Shown piece after piece: positions 1 through 12,237 of a stretch of 64,000 nt of DNA. The notes under the pieces were generated by a model that had not been told where the DNA came from, ran no database searches, and was given only the letters and a program-made list of their open reading frames with translations. This stretch comes from Octopus vulgaris (Eukaryota): NCBI GenBank assembly GCA_951406725.2, contig OX597815.1, positions 126,170,001 through 126,234,000 on the forward strand, given 5' to 3'. Numbering within the stretch: position 1 is the stretch's first letter; each line of letters starts with the position of its first letter. Both the position numbers and the translations under genes were made by a program.

Positions 1-402
1 CTTCTGAATTCAATAGAATATCACTTGTTAAGTTTATCTCTACAGATTAGAGCCAGCACTGGTTTTTGATACGACGTTTCGTATCCGAGACGTCAGATAT
101 AAACAAACAATGAAATCGAAAAAAAATTAGCGTTGGCTATAATTTCTATAGAATATCTGTAGAGATGACCTTAACCAGTGATGTAAAGTGCACCGCTAAC
201 AACAGAACACGGTACTGGCTTATAAAAATGTTTAATATACTTTATAGTTGCACATTGAAACGTTAATGACATAACGAAATGCCGCGTCCCAACAAGTCAT
301 TAATCAACAAAATATATCAGTCGATATAATACAGTGTATTTCCACTCTGCTACATACACCAAGAGCAAAACGTTGCCTTCTGCCATTATTAGCACTCATC
401 TT

Positions 403-600
403 AAGGCGACGAGGTAACAGAATCGTTAGCACGCAGGACGAAATGCTTAGCTACGTTCTGAGCTCAAATTCCTCCGAGTTCGACTTTGTCTTTCATCCTC
501 TCGGGGTCGATGAAATAAGTATTAGTTGCGCACTGTGGTCGATGAAATCGACTATGCTCCTCTCCCAAATTTGAGGCCTTGTGCTTATAGTAGAAAAGAA
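403..600 (+). mobile_element. tRNA-derived SINE, family A (Meta-domain-like core)
   Basis: Head aaggcgacgaggtaacagaatcgttagc, B-box-like gagctcaaattcc, core cgactttgtctttcatcctctcggggtcgatgaaataagta; recurs more than 15 times in the window. Confidence 0.8.
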
Positions 601-1284
601 TAATGTAAAACCCATGTAACAATTGTTAGAAATTGTTAATGTTATTAGGCGTAATAACAACAACACCTTTCCTTGAATCCCGCATCGCTTTGGTGGGCGG
701 TTCTGTCCAGTTTAACCCTCAATACAAACTACATGCTAAAGATGCTGTGTAGGCGTCTAACGACTGAAAAATTCTCTCGGCTGATTCCTGAATATATCAC
801 TTCTATGGTGATTGCAAAGTATCTAATAAGTTTTCCCATTATCTCGACAACTGCAGATCAATCAGATATTAATCGTCACTAAATTCTTTGAATTCGCGCC
901 ATAGTAACATACTGTTATGCCATCGATTGTTCTTAATTCTGCAATTTACGTAATTATAATCTTTAGTACCGATAGTCATGCAAACACACACATGCTTCCA
1001 CATAGACATACATATTTGGGCGTGTACATGGATGTTTGTGTATGTGTGTATGTGCGCGTGTATCTGTGTGTGTGTGTGTGCGCGCGCATTAATGTTTCTT
1101 GTTATATCGTATTATATGTAAAAATATTTTAATATTAAACTGAAGGATTATTCAGTACATTTTAGTAGAGTACACGTTTACTAAACTTTGAAAAAGAAAA
1201 GCATGAAAGTGTCTTCAAATTTAGTGGCGAAGGTGCGCAAGCAGTAACATAGAAGTCACATTCAAACTTTCCTTTTAAGAGTTT

Positions 1285-1285
<1 letters not shown>

Positions 1286-1349
<64 letters not shown>

Positions 1350-1405
1350 GTAGACAGATAGAGAGAGCGAGAGAGAAAGAAAAAGGAGATAAAGAGAGAG
1401 ACAAA
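1286..1405. repeat. (GATA)n / (GA)n microsatellite
   Basis: Direct reading. Confidence 0.95.
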
Positions 1406-3089
1406 CACAGATATGAGTGTGTACGAATGGGGACGTTTTATGTAATGTATGTTTACAAAAATATATAGGATATATATGTTACATATGTGTAAGTATGTAT
1501 GTGTGAGTGCGTACGTGCATTGTGTGTGTGTGAGAGAGAGAGCGTATGTGTGTGTATGCGCGCGCGTTTACGAAACTTTCCACTTCACTGACTAAAAAAA
1601 ACACGTCTTACGGCTTCGCGATTTGTTCTTTCATAACGAGCGTTTTCATTCAGGCATGTAATTGATCAGAAATCCGTGATATTTGTTTTAAGACAAAGAC
1701 GTTATTCCCAATGTTAGCCATCGTTTTGAAATTATACAATCAAAGGAATAGCTAGCAAACCACGAAAGACTGAAAGAAAAACAAAACACAGTATTTTCCA
1801 AAAGAGTATGGAAACCTGTAATTTTATCAGGTAAGGTAAAGAAGAAACTCACTTGAGGTTAATACACTCACTCAGACATGTGTGCGCGCACACAACGCAC
1901 AGGCACTCACGTACAAATACATTCAGATAAACATAGGCGGTGTTTATGTATGCGTCTTGTCTGAACATAAATAAGGATCTGAGTTAAGAAATAAGGAAAG
2001 GCTCACTTAAAAAGGTGGTACTGTCAAGAAGCAGGTTATAGCCTAGTTAGTGGGAGAGAATGGGTCACTCCACTCCGAACAAAACTTTTATGAGGGCGGC
2101 ACTTTTGGATCTGCTGTGACGGCAAACTCAGGAGCTGCTCTGGATGACATACATTCTAGCTACACCATTAAAAGCAGATTATCACTCTCTGATGGAAGGT
2201 GTTCTCTCCAAGCAACAACAAAAAATTCCGCCTCAGCTACTGAACTAAACTGGATCTAGCGCAATAGGTCACAGTTTTGTAAAGCATTTATTCCTGAAAG
2301 ACCCCAATTTGAAGAACAAAATCTATTTGCAGAAAAGCGTTTTCTTTAATTTCACAAAAAGTATGATTTATCTCCTCATATATTGTATCCTGAGATTAAT
2401 TACAACAGTCAAATTAATTACGATAGTTTGCAAGATAGCCAGATGGTCATCAGAAATATCTAACACAAGCAGTGCTAAATATTTTGGAAAATTTACTTGC
2501 AACCGAAAGTTTTAGATGAGATAACACCTAAATAATATGGGGTGAGTTTCATACGAGAATTGTTGATTATTAAATATCGGCCATGAATAACATAAATTTC
2601 TTAATGTTTTTCAAAGATCTTTTAACGATCTCTACTGATCGTCTGTTAGGAATTACAGAAAGTTGTAAAAGGATGCAATATAGACCCTAAGACAATAATC
2701 GTATCTTCTGTGGTTAGTAATGTCGAGGGAAGCGTATTCCTATAATGCAGCAATCTCTCTCTCTATCTATCTATCTTTCTCCCCCTCACTTTCTTTCTCG
2801 TCCTCTACCCACTCTCTCTCTCTCTTCTTTTAAATTTTTGACATTAACCACACACGCTTACATGTGCGCATATATATCCACGCTTACACATACACATGCA
2901 TATATATATACATATACATACACATGCACTCACGTGTAGATACAAATACACATATATATACATACAAATATATACCTACAAATACAATCATACGGATATG
3001 TATATATATGTACGCATATGTACACATGCATAAATACAAATATATACATGCATATGTATATATCTACACAAACAGAAGATACTTTCTTG

Positions 3090-3510
3090 GTCAGCTTAAG
3101 AAATTCACATGTGTAGCCAACTATGAAGAACAAATCAAAGATACAGCCAAATAGAAGACCGATCCTGTTTAAATGCCAGCCAGTACCATCTACTACCATT
3201 CCTAGCAGCCCGACAAATACTCTCTCGCGGCAAACACCATGAGTCTATCAATCGCTACTAAATTCAAAACACGATAAACAAAGAAGATGGCCTTGATGTC
3301 GACGATTTTAAGCTAAAGGAGACAACTCTCGTATATTGCCTGAGGAAGCACAACTACATCCTATTATGCAAACAAGCATTTGTATAATCGAATACCTGTA
3401 TTCTTAGAGAACTACGTTGCATCGAAACAATTGTAGCGAATAATAAATAAATGTCCAACCGTACTCCATCTTCTTGAATCCAATCTCTTCAATTTTACAT
3501 TCATACACGA
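3090..3510 (+). mobile_element. Penelope-like element 3' remnant with hammerhead-ribozyme motif
   Basis: Degenerate reading ILSRGKHHESINRY*IQNTINKEDGLDVDDF resembles the C-terminus after the Penelope GIY-YIG domain; followed by CTGAGGA...GAAAC-AATT-GTA and AATAAA. Confidence 0.5.
3336..3439 (+). ncRNA. Putative type I hammerhead ribozyme with enlarged stem II
   Basis: Stem I ttgc/gcga, CTGAGGA at 3340, GAAA at 3424, palindromic stem III ACAATTGT, GUA cleavage triplet. Confidence 0.45.
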
Positions 3511-3513
3511 CGA

Positions 3514-5069
3514 ATGGCTAAACTTAAACTTGGAAGTATTAGATCGGTACCTCCAATGCATCGATTGGTCATCACGCGGGACGAAGTCAAACGTGTTATT
3601 CAAGGCCTCGATGTCAACAAGGGTCACGGCCCTGACGGCATACACCCACGGGTTATCAAAGCGTTGGCTCCGGTCATCTGCGAGCCCTTAACACGTCTAT
3701 TCAATATGTCATTGGCGACGGGTGTTATACCTGCGGACTGGAGAACAGCGATAATCTGCCCAATTTTCAAGAAAGGGAGCCGCGAAGACCCGCTTAACTA
3801 CCGACCGGTTTCCCTTACATCAATAATCAGCAAGATGTTCGAAACCATCCTTAAGAAAAGTATGATGCTCCACCTCCAAAACACAGCCTCTATCTCTGAT
3901 TCCCAACGCGGCTTCGTGCCGAAGAGATCATGCTTGACCAACTTACTGGTAATGGAAGAATTGGTGACGCGCATCCTCGATGATAGTGATGCTGTTGACA
4001 TCGTTTTATTGGACTTTGCCAAAGCTTTTGACTCGGTAAACCACCGCCTATTACTTGTCAAGCTTCAAGCATATAGTTTCCATCCGGATATTGTACGATG
4101 GGTTGGTGCCTTCCTCTCAGATCGCTCCTTCCAAGTCCAAGTTAATGGTTCGCGGTCCGACGTCTCCTGTGCGAGCAGTGGCGTGCCTCAAGGTTCAGTG
4201 CTTGGGCCCTTATTGTTCTTAGTCTTCATAAATGACTTGCCCGACGACCTCACGCAACACACCCTTCTATTTGCCGACGATATCAAACTGGTCGCTCCTC
4301 GCGGTGATATAGAGGATCTTCGTCGATGCCTCCACCAAATTTGGAAGTGGTCTAACGAATGGGACCTGTGTCTGAACGTGTCAAAGTGCTGTCATCTGCC
4401 TGTTGGCTCTCCTCCTGCAACTCAACTTGATTTCGAGCCGGGTCGTCTGCTGCTGGAGAGGACCGATCAGGTAAAGGACCTAGGTATCTTGGTGGATTCC
4501 TTCTTTTCGCCTTCGGCCCAGTGCGTCCATGCTGCCAACAAACACGCGGAATTCTGTTCTTGATTCGACGGTCATTCGGAATGCTCACAGCAGCCATATT
4601 CCTACCACTCTATGTCACGCTGGTGAGACTCATATTGGAGTACGGGATTCAAGCCTCTTCTCCTTATCTCCTCAAAGACATACAGCATCTCGAAAGAGTC
4701 CAGAAGCTGGCTACCCGCATGGTTCATGGTCTCAAAAATTTGTCCTATGAAGAAAGGCTGAGGACGCTCGACCTTTATTCTCTTGAAAAACGCCGCCGCC
4801 GTGGTGATCTCATTCTCGCCCACAACATCATAAGCGGAAAGTGTAACCTCTCGAAAGAGCTGTTCTTCACTCCTGCTCCAGAGCGTCGGCTGCGGGGTCA
4901 TTCCGAAAAGCTCTACCTGCGACGATTTCATCTCAATCGAAGGAGAGGAGCTTTCTCCGTCCGGGTTGCGGATCCGTGGAACAAGCTGCCAGACGAGATG
5001 GTGAAGATGCCGACGACCGCTTTGTTCGAAGCCTCCCTTGACCTCAAGTGGCCTGAACACTTTACATGA
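3514..5069 (+). pseudogene. CR1 ORF2 reverse transcriptase (partial, one frameshift near 4545)
   Basis: ORFs 3514-4563 and 4521-5069 join into a continuous RT plus C-terminal region. Confidence 0.9.
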
Positions 5070-5141
5070 ACACCACCCTGTACTTAACTCCATGTCTCCC
5101 TACATGGCCCTGCTATTTGCTTTTGAGCCAAATTAACTAAC
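3545..5141 (+). mobile_element. CR1-clade LINE, 5'-truncated, relatively young
   Basis: RT motifs GPDGIHP, YRPVSLTS, DFAKAFDSV, SGVPQGSVLGPLLF, LFADD; CR1 C-terminus LERVQKLATRMV..SYEERL..LEKRRRRGDLI..RGHSEKL..WNKLP; short 3' UTR ending aactaac. Confidence 0.95.
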
Positions 5142-5225
5142 ATAATACTATTGATAGTACTGGGTAATTCTGACAGTGAAAGAGCTTTATACAGTACTCT
5201 ACAATGTTTCTAAAGGAATATAACA

Positions 5226-5230
<5 letters not shown>

Positions 5231-5270
<40 letters not shown>

Positions 5271-5463
5271 GTATATATATATATGTATGTATATATATAT
5301 ATATACATAGCTAGCTAGCTAGCTAACGAGATAGATAAATGGATAGATACATACATACATGCATACATACATGCATGCATACATACATACATACATACAT
5401 ACATACATACATACATACATACATACATACATACATACATACATACATGCATACATACATACA
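5231..5463. repeat. (TA)n, (TAGC)n, (CATA)n compound microsatellite
   Basis: Direct reading. Confidence 0.95.
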
Positions 5464-5823
5464 TTTGAGAAAGTGTTCTCTTGAAAAATCCTATAATTCA
5501 GTATCTTATCAATTTTATCTTTTTAACGGCCAAAAAAACTCACCATAGCCGATAAATATTTTTTGTTTTTCTATTCAGAACCAATCGCAAGACAAATGCT
5601 CTTTTTTCAAGGAAGCTTGCAAGAAATACCAGCCATTACACCATTTCACTATACTTAGAAAAATGGTTTTAAAATAACTATTTGCAGTTTTCAATTTCTC
5701 CAAGAATGATAAAGTTTGTGCTGACCTTCAGTGAAATGAGTAAAAGATCTGCAAATATAAGGGCTAAAATAACATTTTTACTTTTTTCTAGCGAAACATT
5801 TAATATTTTACAAAATTCTGTTC

Positions 5824-6440
5824 AACGAGTATCCGCTGAAAAGTTCACAATCTAACCAAGGTTCTGTCATGGAATGTGATCAAATGAGATTTATTTTCCA
5901 ACATAGTTCTCCTTGAAGTCCACACACTTCTTCAGTTGGTGTTGCAGTGCTTGGATACGATTGGTGAAAAGCTTTTTTCTTGTTGCTCAGAAACAACACC
6001 AACAACAGATATGACATCATTATCATCGTGATACTGTTTCCCAGCCAAGTGTTTTTTCATGTTGGGGATAGATGATAATAATATGGGACCAAATCAGGAG
6101 AACAGGGATGAATGATCAACTAGAGAATAGAGAGGAAGATCAAATCCACAGTCACGCACTGCAGCGATTGAAACCAAGAACTTGTCCTGATGAATCAATT
6201 TCCTCTTCATCAGTTTTCCGGTGCGTTTGGTCTTGATACTCAATCGTAACTGTCTCAGCAAGCTGGCATAAAATTCTCCATTGAGGGTGTGGCCCTTTAG
6301 AAGACAATCGATAAACACAATTCCTTTTGCATCTCCCAAAACTAAGGCCATCATTTCCCCTGCAAATGAAACAACTGTGGCCTTTTTTTGAGCTGGTGTG
6401 GAGTAGTATTTCCACTGCATCATACATAACGATTGTCTAC
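5824..6440 (-). mobile_element. mariner transposase remnant (irritans/Hsmar2-like), 3' half
   Basis: KKATVVSFAGEMMALVLGDAKGIVFIDCLLKGHTLNGEFYASLLRQL..IHQD..AAVRDCGF; TIR-like acgagtatccgctgaaaagttc at about 5825. Confidence 0.85.
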
Positions 6441-8581
6441 AACTTGTAACATAAATATATGCATTCACTTTTATATATACTGAGGTGTACACTTTGTAAG
6501 CAAATTAAATCCATTCATTATCACCTTGAATTTTAAATACTTTCTATATTTGTCTTTCAGTATATTCTTAATGTTCTTTTTGTTTCTACTATCGTCCGAA
6601 AATCGAAAATGAGAAACACAGTATCGATTCGTGAGGTTTCAGCTTCATATCTAGTAATATATAAATTTACTACTCGGTTCTCCCACTTTTCTTTCTCGTT
6701 TACACATATTTGTATAATTATCTCTTCTTTTTGCTATTGAGTACTGTACAGAGAACGATAAATATAATCTGAAAACGGAAAAATAGCCGCTGAAGTTTTC
6801 GACAAAAATTATTTCTATTCCATTCTGAAGATACTGCTTGATTTTTTAATTAAATAATTTAAAGATTCCATAAGACTAAGAAGACATGCGTTTATTTTGG
6901 CGAATATTATATTCGAATACAAATCACGAATGAATTTCTAGTTTTTAGAGAATTACAGCAGTAGAAAAATATCTTGTAATCTCGCAAAGATAGTGAAATA
7001 CAAGAAGGTCTACAACTGCTTTCGAAGCTTCTTAAACAAGAGCTCAACTTTATATGATTCGAAAACAATGAAATCACGAAAATGTTATTTGCAATTATGT
7101 TCCATTCACAACAGCTACAGAGCAACACATACATAGCTACACCCATAGATACAACATGCACATACACGCCCACTAACTCACGCACACAGTTTCCTATGTA
7201 TATGTATACACACACACAAAAAGAACATATTATCATATATTGCGGCTCGGCTATAGAATATTATTCTGGAATCTTTTCCATACCACCCACTTTTGTCCAC
7301 TATTTATTCAACATGCAGCTTGCACTGCAACATTCTAACATTGTTTCCAAAGAACTTTCTTTTGTTTTTTCATCTTCACTTTTCCTAGACGAAGGGCCAC
7401 AATCCGAAAGGTACAACATTCCACTGGTTTTTCTCACAACATAAAATTAATTTCTTTGTAGTCCTGTTTGCTTTTGTTGTTTTGTTTCTGAAATCCTACC
7501 TATGTTGCATAGTATTCCTGATCCGATAGAATTTATAACCTTCGGGGATTTAGTTTCTAGTTGACGTATGCGCATTTTCGATGAGTCTACTTTTAATGCT
7601 GCTTCTCATTAATATATTCATCTTCTTCAACACATAGCATGTTCTAATATGTCAAGGTATTGAAAAGATCTATGTAAATATTATGAATCAATTCATCTTA
7701 TAGGTCCAATTTAAAGAGCAGCGCAGTTGAAAAAATTCTTAATCTAATCTCTTTTCATTCCCCAACGAGTCATAGATATAAAATCATTATAAGAAGCTCG
7801 TTTAAACTTAGCTGTTCTTGCTTCCTATATTAAACGTTTTATTCAAAAAGGCAGATCAGTTTAAAAATTAATGTTCCCCCGCCAAGTTATTACTTCATGA
7901 CCCAAACATGAATTATTTTCGAAGAAATTTTTTGGCTAAAGATATAGCGTATAACGTGAAAGTATAAATATGCCGTTTAGAACATAGAATGGCTTACCAG
8001 TAAATACATTTGAGATGCTTTTTTTATCTGCTTAAAAATGATTTCAGAAACCCGAAAAAAGTTCGCCATGATTTACCCAAGTATAACTGGTTTTCGAAAG
8101 GATCCTGCCCATTTCTGCTAAATTACACATGTCCATCTTAGAATATGTTAGTCCACACAATGGTTCGCTTCGATAAACAGCAAGATGTTCTTTGTGTTAA
8201 GTGAAAAGTTCCTCCTGTATGCTGGAAACTTTAAATCAGAAAATCATAAATATCGAATTTTTGCAGTGTTACTCGTGTTACCTGCTGTGTAATTATTTTT
8301 TTTATTGTCTAATGGCTGAAGTTTACTTTGCTGATTTTTTAAAATAGAGTGCATAACCACGAACTTCAATTAATTGTTTCAATTCTTTACTCTTTTACTC
8401 TTTTACATGTTTTAGTCATTTGATTGCGGCCATGCTGGAGCAAAACGACCCCAGGACTTATTCTTTGTAAGCCTGGTACTTATTCTGTCGGTCTATTTTT
8501 GCCGAACCGCTAAGTTACGGGGATATAAGCACACCAGCATCGGTTGTCAAGCGATGTTGGGAGGACAAACACACACACATA

Positions 8582-8966
8582 TCTCTCTCTATATAAACGG
8601 CAGTTTGTCTGTGTGTGTTTCTGTGTGTCTGTTTGCTTGTACCCTCACCCTGACCACGGCTTTCAACCGATTCTGATGAAACTTGACACACACATAGCCC
8701 AATGTCATAATTCAAAACTAACGCAGCGAAAATTTTGAAAAGTTCCCCCAGTTCTGAAAAAAATCGATAAATTCGACATGGGGTCGAGAATCAGAAACAC
8801 AAACCGCAAACTGTCTAGGGGACGCAACTCCACCTTTTTTTACTCTCAAACAAAATTTACCATCATTTTTTTTCCATTTTTTTGCTATTTTTTGGCTATA
8901 ACTCTCTAAAAATGCTTTATAGTTATTTCCCTTACAAACCTGAGCAACACCGGGCGATACTGCTAG
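8582..8966 (+). mobile_element. Non-autonomous Helitron (about 385 bp)
   Basis: 5' TC start, subterminal hairpin cctgagcaacaccggg, 3' CTAG, inserted between A and T with no TSD. Confidence 0.75.
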
Positions 8967-9129
8967 TATATATATATAAACATATATACGACAGTTTTCT
9001 TTCAGTTTCCGTCTACCAAATCCACTCATAAGGCTTTGGTCGGCCTGAGGCTATAGTAGAAGACACTTGCTCAAGGTGCCACGCAGTAGGACTGAACCTG
9101 GAACCATGTGGTTGGTAAGCAAACTACTT

Positions 9130-11394
9130 TATTTCAAAACTTTTGCCATAAAGGCATGATACAGAGTAGCTTGCGGGCTGGACAAAGACATTGATGAGGT
9201 GAATGATGACAAGGATGATATTAATGGGAGAAGACAAAAAACTCCCGCCGATTTTCTGCTTCTCTAAAACATTATTCTCTTATTTTTTCCCCAGAGAAAG
9301 ACAAAACGAGGTAATGAACCTCTTACTTCAGTATTACAATTTCTGGACTAATAGTCCATTTAAGAATTGGGGCGTTAAGCCTCTTAAACACAATAGCATG
9401 CAATAAACATTAAACATTATACAGTAAACATTATAACACTGAGCCTTTTCAACCTCTCGTCATTATTCCTCTCCAACATCGTTTGTGCCCGTATACTCCA
9501 CCATCACCCACGCCTCATTCAAAACCAAGGTGGTATCCGAGCCAGCGTCGCCCGGCCACAAGCGATATTCCTCATTGAGTCCCTGCAGCCTATAACCCAC
9601 AGACACCGTTATGACCTCCACAGCTACCTGCGGAGGCCATTCGGAATCTTGTGTGAAGGTTAAAGGTACTCTCTTATGGTGATTTTCCACCATCTCTTCT
9701 ACGTCTCCGCCTCTGTAGAAGAAGACCAATAGTTCCTCTTCCTCCGGGTTCGAGGTAGCCAATTCTACCGTTGGTGGCACAATTCCCCCAACGGTGTCTC
9801 TTTCCCTGCCAGTGGCACAACCCCTACCGGCAAGGTTCCGGGACATTCTGGTGCTATGTCACCGACTGCCGGCAATGTCCTGTTTCTCTTCCTCTTCCTC
9901 TTTTTTCCCTCTCAACTGAGGGAGGGTGCGTCTCCTCCGTGACCGGGAGATTCACCTCTCCTCCCTCATCCCCAGGATCCTTCGTGAGCACCCATTGTTG
10001 CTCTCCTTCCCTGAGCAGTCCTCTGTCTCCTCAGCCGCCTTCGTTCCCTCTTCTACAGAGGTCACAATTGACTACTCCAGGCCTTTGCTCTGTTCCTGAG
10101 GACAGTTTTTCTTTATATGGCCAGGCTCCAGGCACTGATGACACCTGGCGGGGACGACCCTCAAGAATCACTGGGTACCTGCACCCGGCCATTTTCAAAA
10201 AATCTGACGTAATTAGATTCATGGCTGATTGACCCATCCCAATCAGCCGCAGGAAGAATTTTCACGTCGAGGAACCTGGCTCCGCTGCCACACAGACCCC
10301 GACGGATAGTATCCTCTATCCACTGGGGTTCAAATTCCGGGTGACAAACCACAGACCCAGACACTCGTCAATTTTTTCCCGCAATAAGTGGGAAGAAACA
10401 AAATGTCTTTACTCTCAACGGGCTGGCTCGCAAAACTGCGAGCCTCCTCTGGGGTGTCAAACAGCAACCACACCGTTGCATGATTGATTCCCCTAGAGAT
10501 ATACTTAACGGTTGGCAGATGTTCCGCCAACTCCTGCTCAATCATCTGCTTGGAGAAGACGGTAATGGTGTCGAGAACCTTCGAATACGTTCTCAACACC
10601 ATCGTTCTCTCCTCTTGCTGTCTGAGCCGCTCCTTAGGTGGGACAACCACCCACTCTACAATCTTATCCGTATTTTCTTGCCATGTTTTAAAATAAAAAA
10701 TAAAAAAGCTCCAAAACAATAGTTCACAAAAAAAGGAAATAGAGAATTCAAAAGGAAGCAAAAAGGAAGAAGAAAGAAAAGCAAACAGTTCAATACAAAA
10801 AGTCTCAATAGAAGAAGAAAACAACAGTTAAAAAAAATACAGCAAAAAATATTCTGGGCATTCAGGTACTCCAAGCCCTATGGTACTCCAATTAGAACCT
10901 GAACTGATCCACTTGAAATACAGCTTTCCAACGTAGTTGTAAAATACAAACTATTTACAAACAGCGAACGACTTTTGGTGGCAGGATACGTCACCAAACT
11001 ATACTTCTCACAACGAGAAATAATTTTCCCTTCATGTGAACACTTAAAATACAGCTTTCCAATAATGGTTAATGTTGTTGCAAAAACATACACTGTTAAA
11101 AAGTGAACAACTTTTGGTTGAAGGATACACCCACCAAACTGTACTTCTCACAATGAGAAACAAATTTTCATTTACTATGAACCATATTGCTGAACCGCAA
11201 GTAGACCAGCATCCTGAATCCAGCGAGGATTCCCTGTTTGTAAAACATATAAGCACAGACAACGACCCTCACTGGGTCCAAGAGACAAAAGTCTTACCTT
11301 GCAGCAGCTTCTTTTGGCAGGCTAAGCACTGCCGGCTATCTTCTTCAGTGCACAACACAATGACACATGCGTACACTGACAACAGAGACTCATG
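9130..11394 (-). mobile_element. ORF1(gag)-only non-LTR retroelement (Tx1/L1-like ORF1), inserted in SINE head
   Basis: 16-bp TSD ggtaagcaa(a/g)ctactt at 9114-9129 and 11395-11410; CCHC knuckle CHQCLEPGHIKKNC; AATAAA at the 3' junction; no RT or endonuclease detected. Confidence 0.75.
9463..10684 (-). pseudogene. Gag-like ORF1 with CCHC zinc knuckle (frameshifted)
   Basis: ORF pieces 10330-10824, 10161-10364, 10031-10237 and 9463-9846 are collinear with the homologue at 47700-48507. Confidence 0.7.
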
Positions 11395-12237
11395 GGTAAG
11401 CAAGCTACTTACCACACAGCCACTCCTTCGCCTGCACTCTTTATTAATTGTTTTAATTCTTTATTGAAACGGCATGACTGAAACTTGTCATACTTTTCCA
11501 TTTTTTAAATTTTGATTGCCTCCCTTGCAACGTTTCAACACTATAATTTTAAACCGCACATTTCAGCATTTTTAACAAAAAAAAAATTTATGTATACCCA
11601 CCACGTCTGATTATAGACTTTTTTTGTAAGATATATTCAAGTGCTTCGTCATTCACTTGCAATATTTTTATCGCATACTTTTAACGTTTCAAGTATATTT
11701 CTTTATATTCTAAATGTGAGCATTTAAAGTAAGCTCCAATTGTTAATCGTGTTTCTTCTTTTTCCTTCTTCTTTACTTCGCTTTCCTTTTCATTCTCTTT
11801 AATTTCTACCTCTTCAGTTTTTTTTCTTTTTCTTCTACTCTCCGCTCACTTAGACTGCTTAGCTCTATATTTTCACATATATCTCCCCATTCTTTAGCTC
11901 TCTTGCCTCCATTTTTTCTCCTTTTATCTGTTTCTCTCTTTGAAATTGTAAAATTGCGCAAATAAAGTATCCTCTGACAGTTTTCTTCTTCAACGAGCTT
12001 TATAAAAATGTACAAAAATATGCAAACAAATATGGAATCTAAAATCAAATTTCACCCTTACATTTTATTTTCTGAAAAAACATACTTTAGAAAAAATATA
12101 CTCTACTGATTTCCATAATTACTTCAAATATATATTTTTTTCTCATCAGTATCTATTTATTTCAATGTTTATTGCCGTGTTTGTGGGCATCAAACTTTCT
12201 TATTTCTTCTGCGAGAAGCTAAAAAGAACAGATACCA

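Larger units (their letters stand above)
8385..11433 (-). mobile_element. tRNA-derived CORE-like SINE family B, interrupted by a Helitron and an ORF1-only retroelement
   Basis: Head at 11395-11433, body 8968-9129 (ggcaccttgagcaagtgtctt CORE-like), tail 8385-8580; matches the intact copy at 19128-19592. Confidence 0.85.

Noticed and set aside
2050-2259. 69-aa ORF in complex sequence
   Set aside because: No recognisable motif or splice context; probably an old repeat remnant.
9130-11394. LTR retrotransposon or processed pseudogene interpretation
   Set aside because: There are no LTRs or PBS, and the 16-bp TSD fits target-primed insertion. A diverged homologue at the same SINE site argues against a one-off cellular retrocopy.
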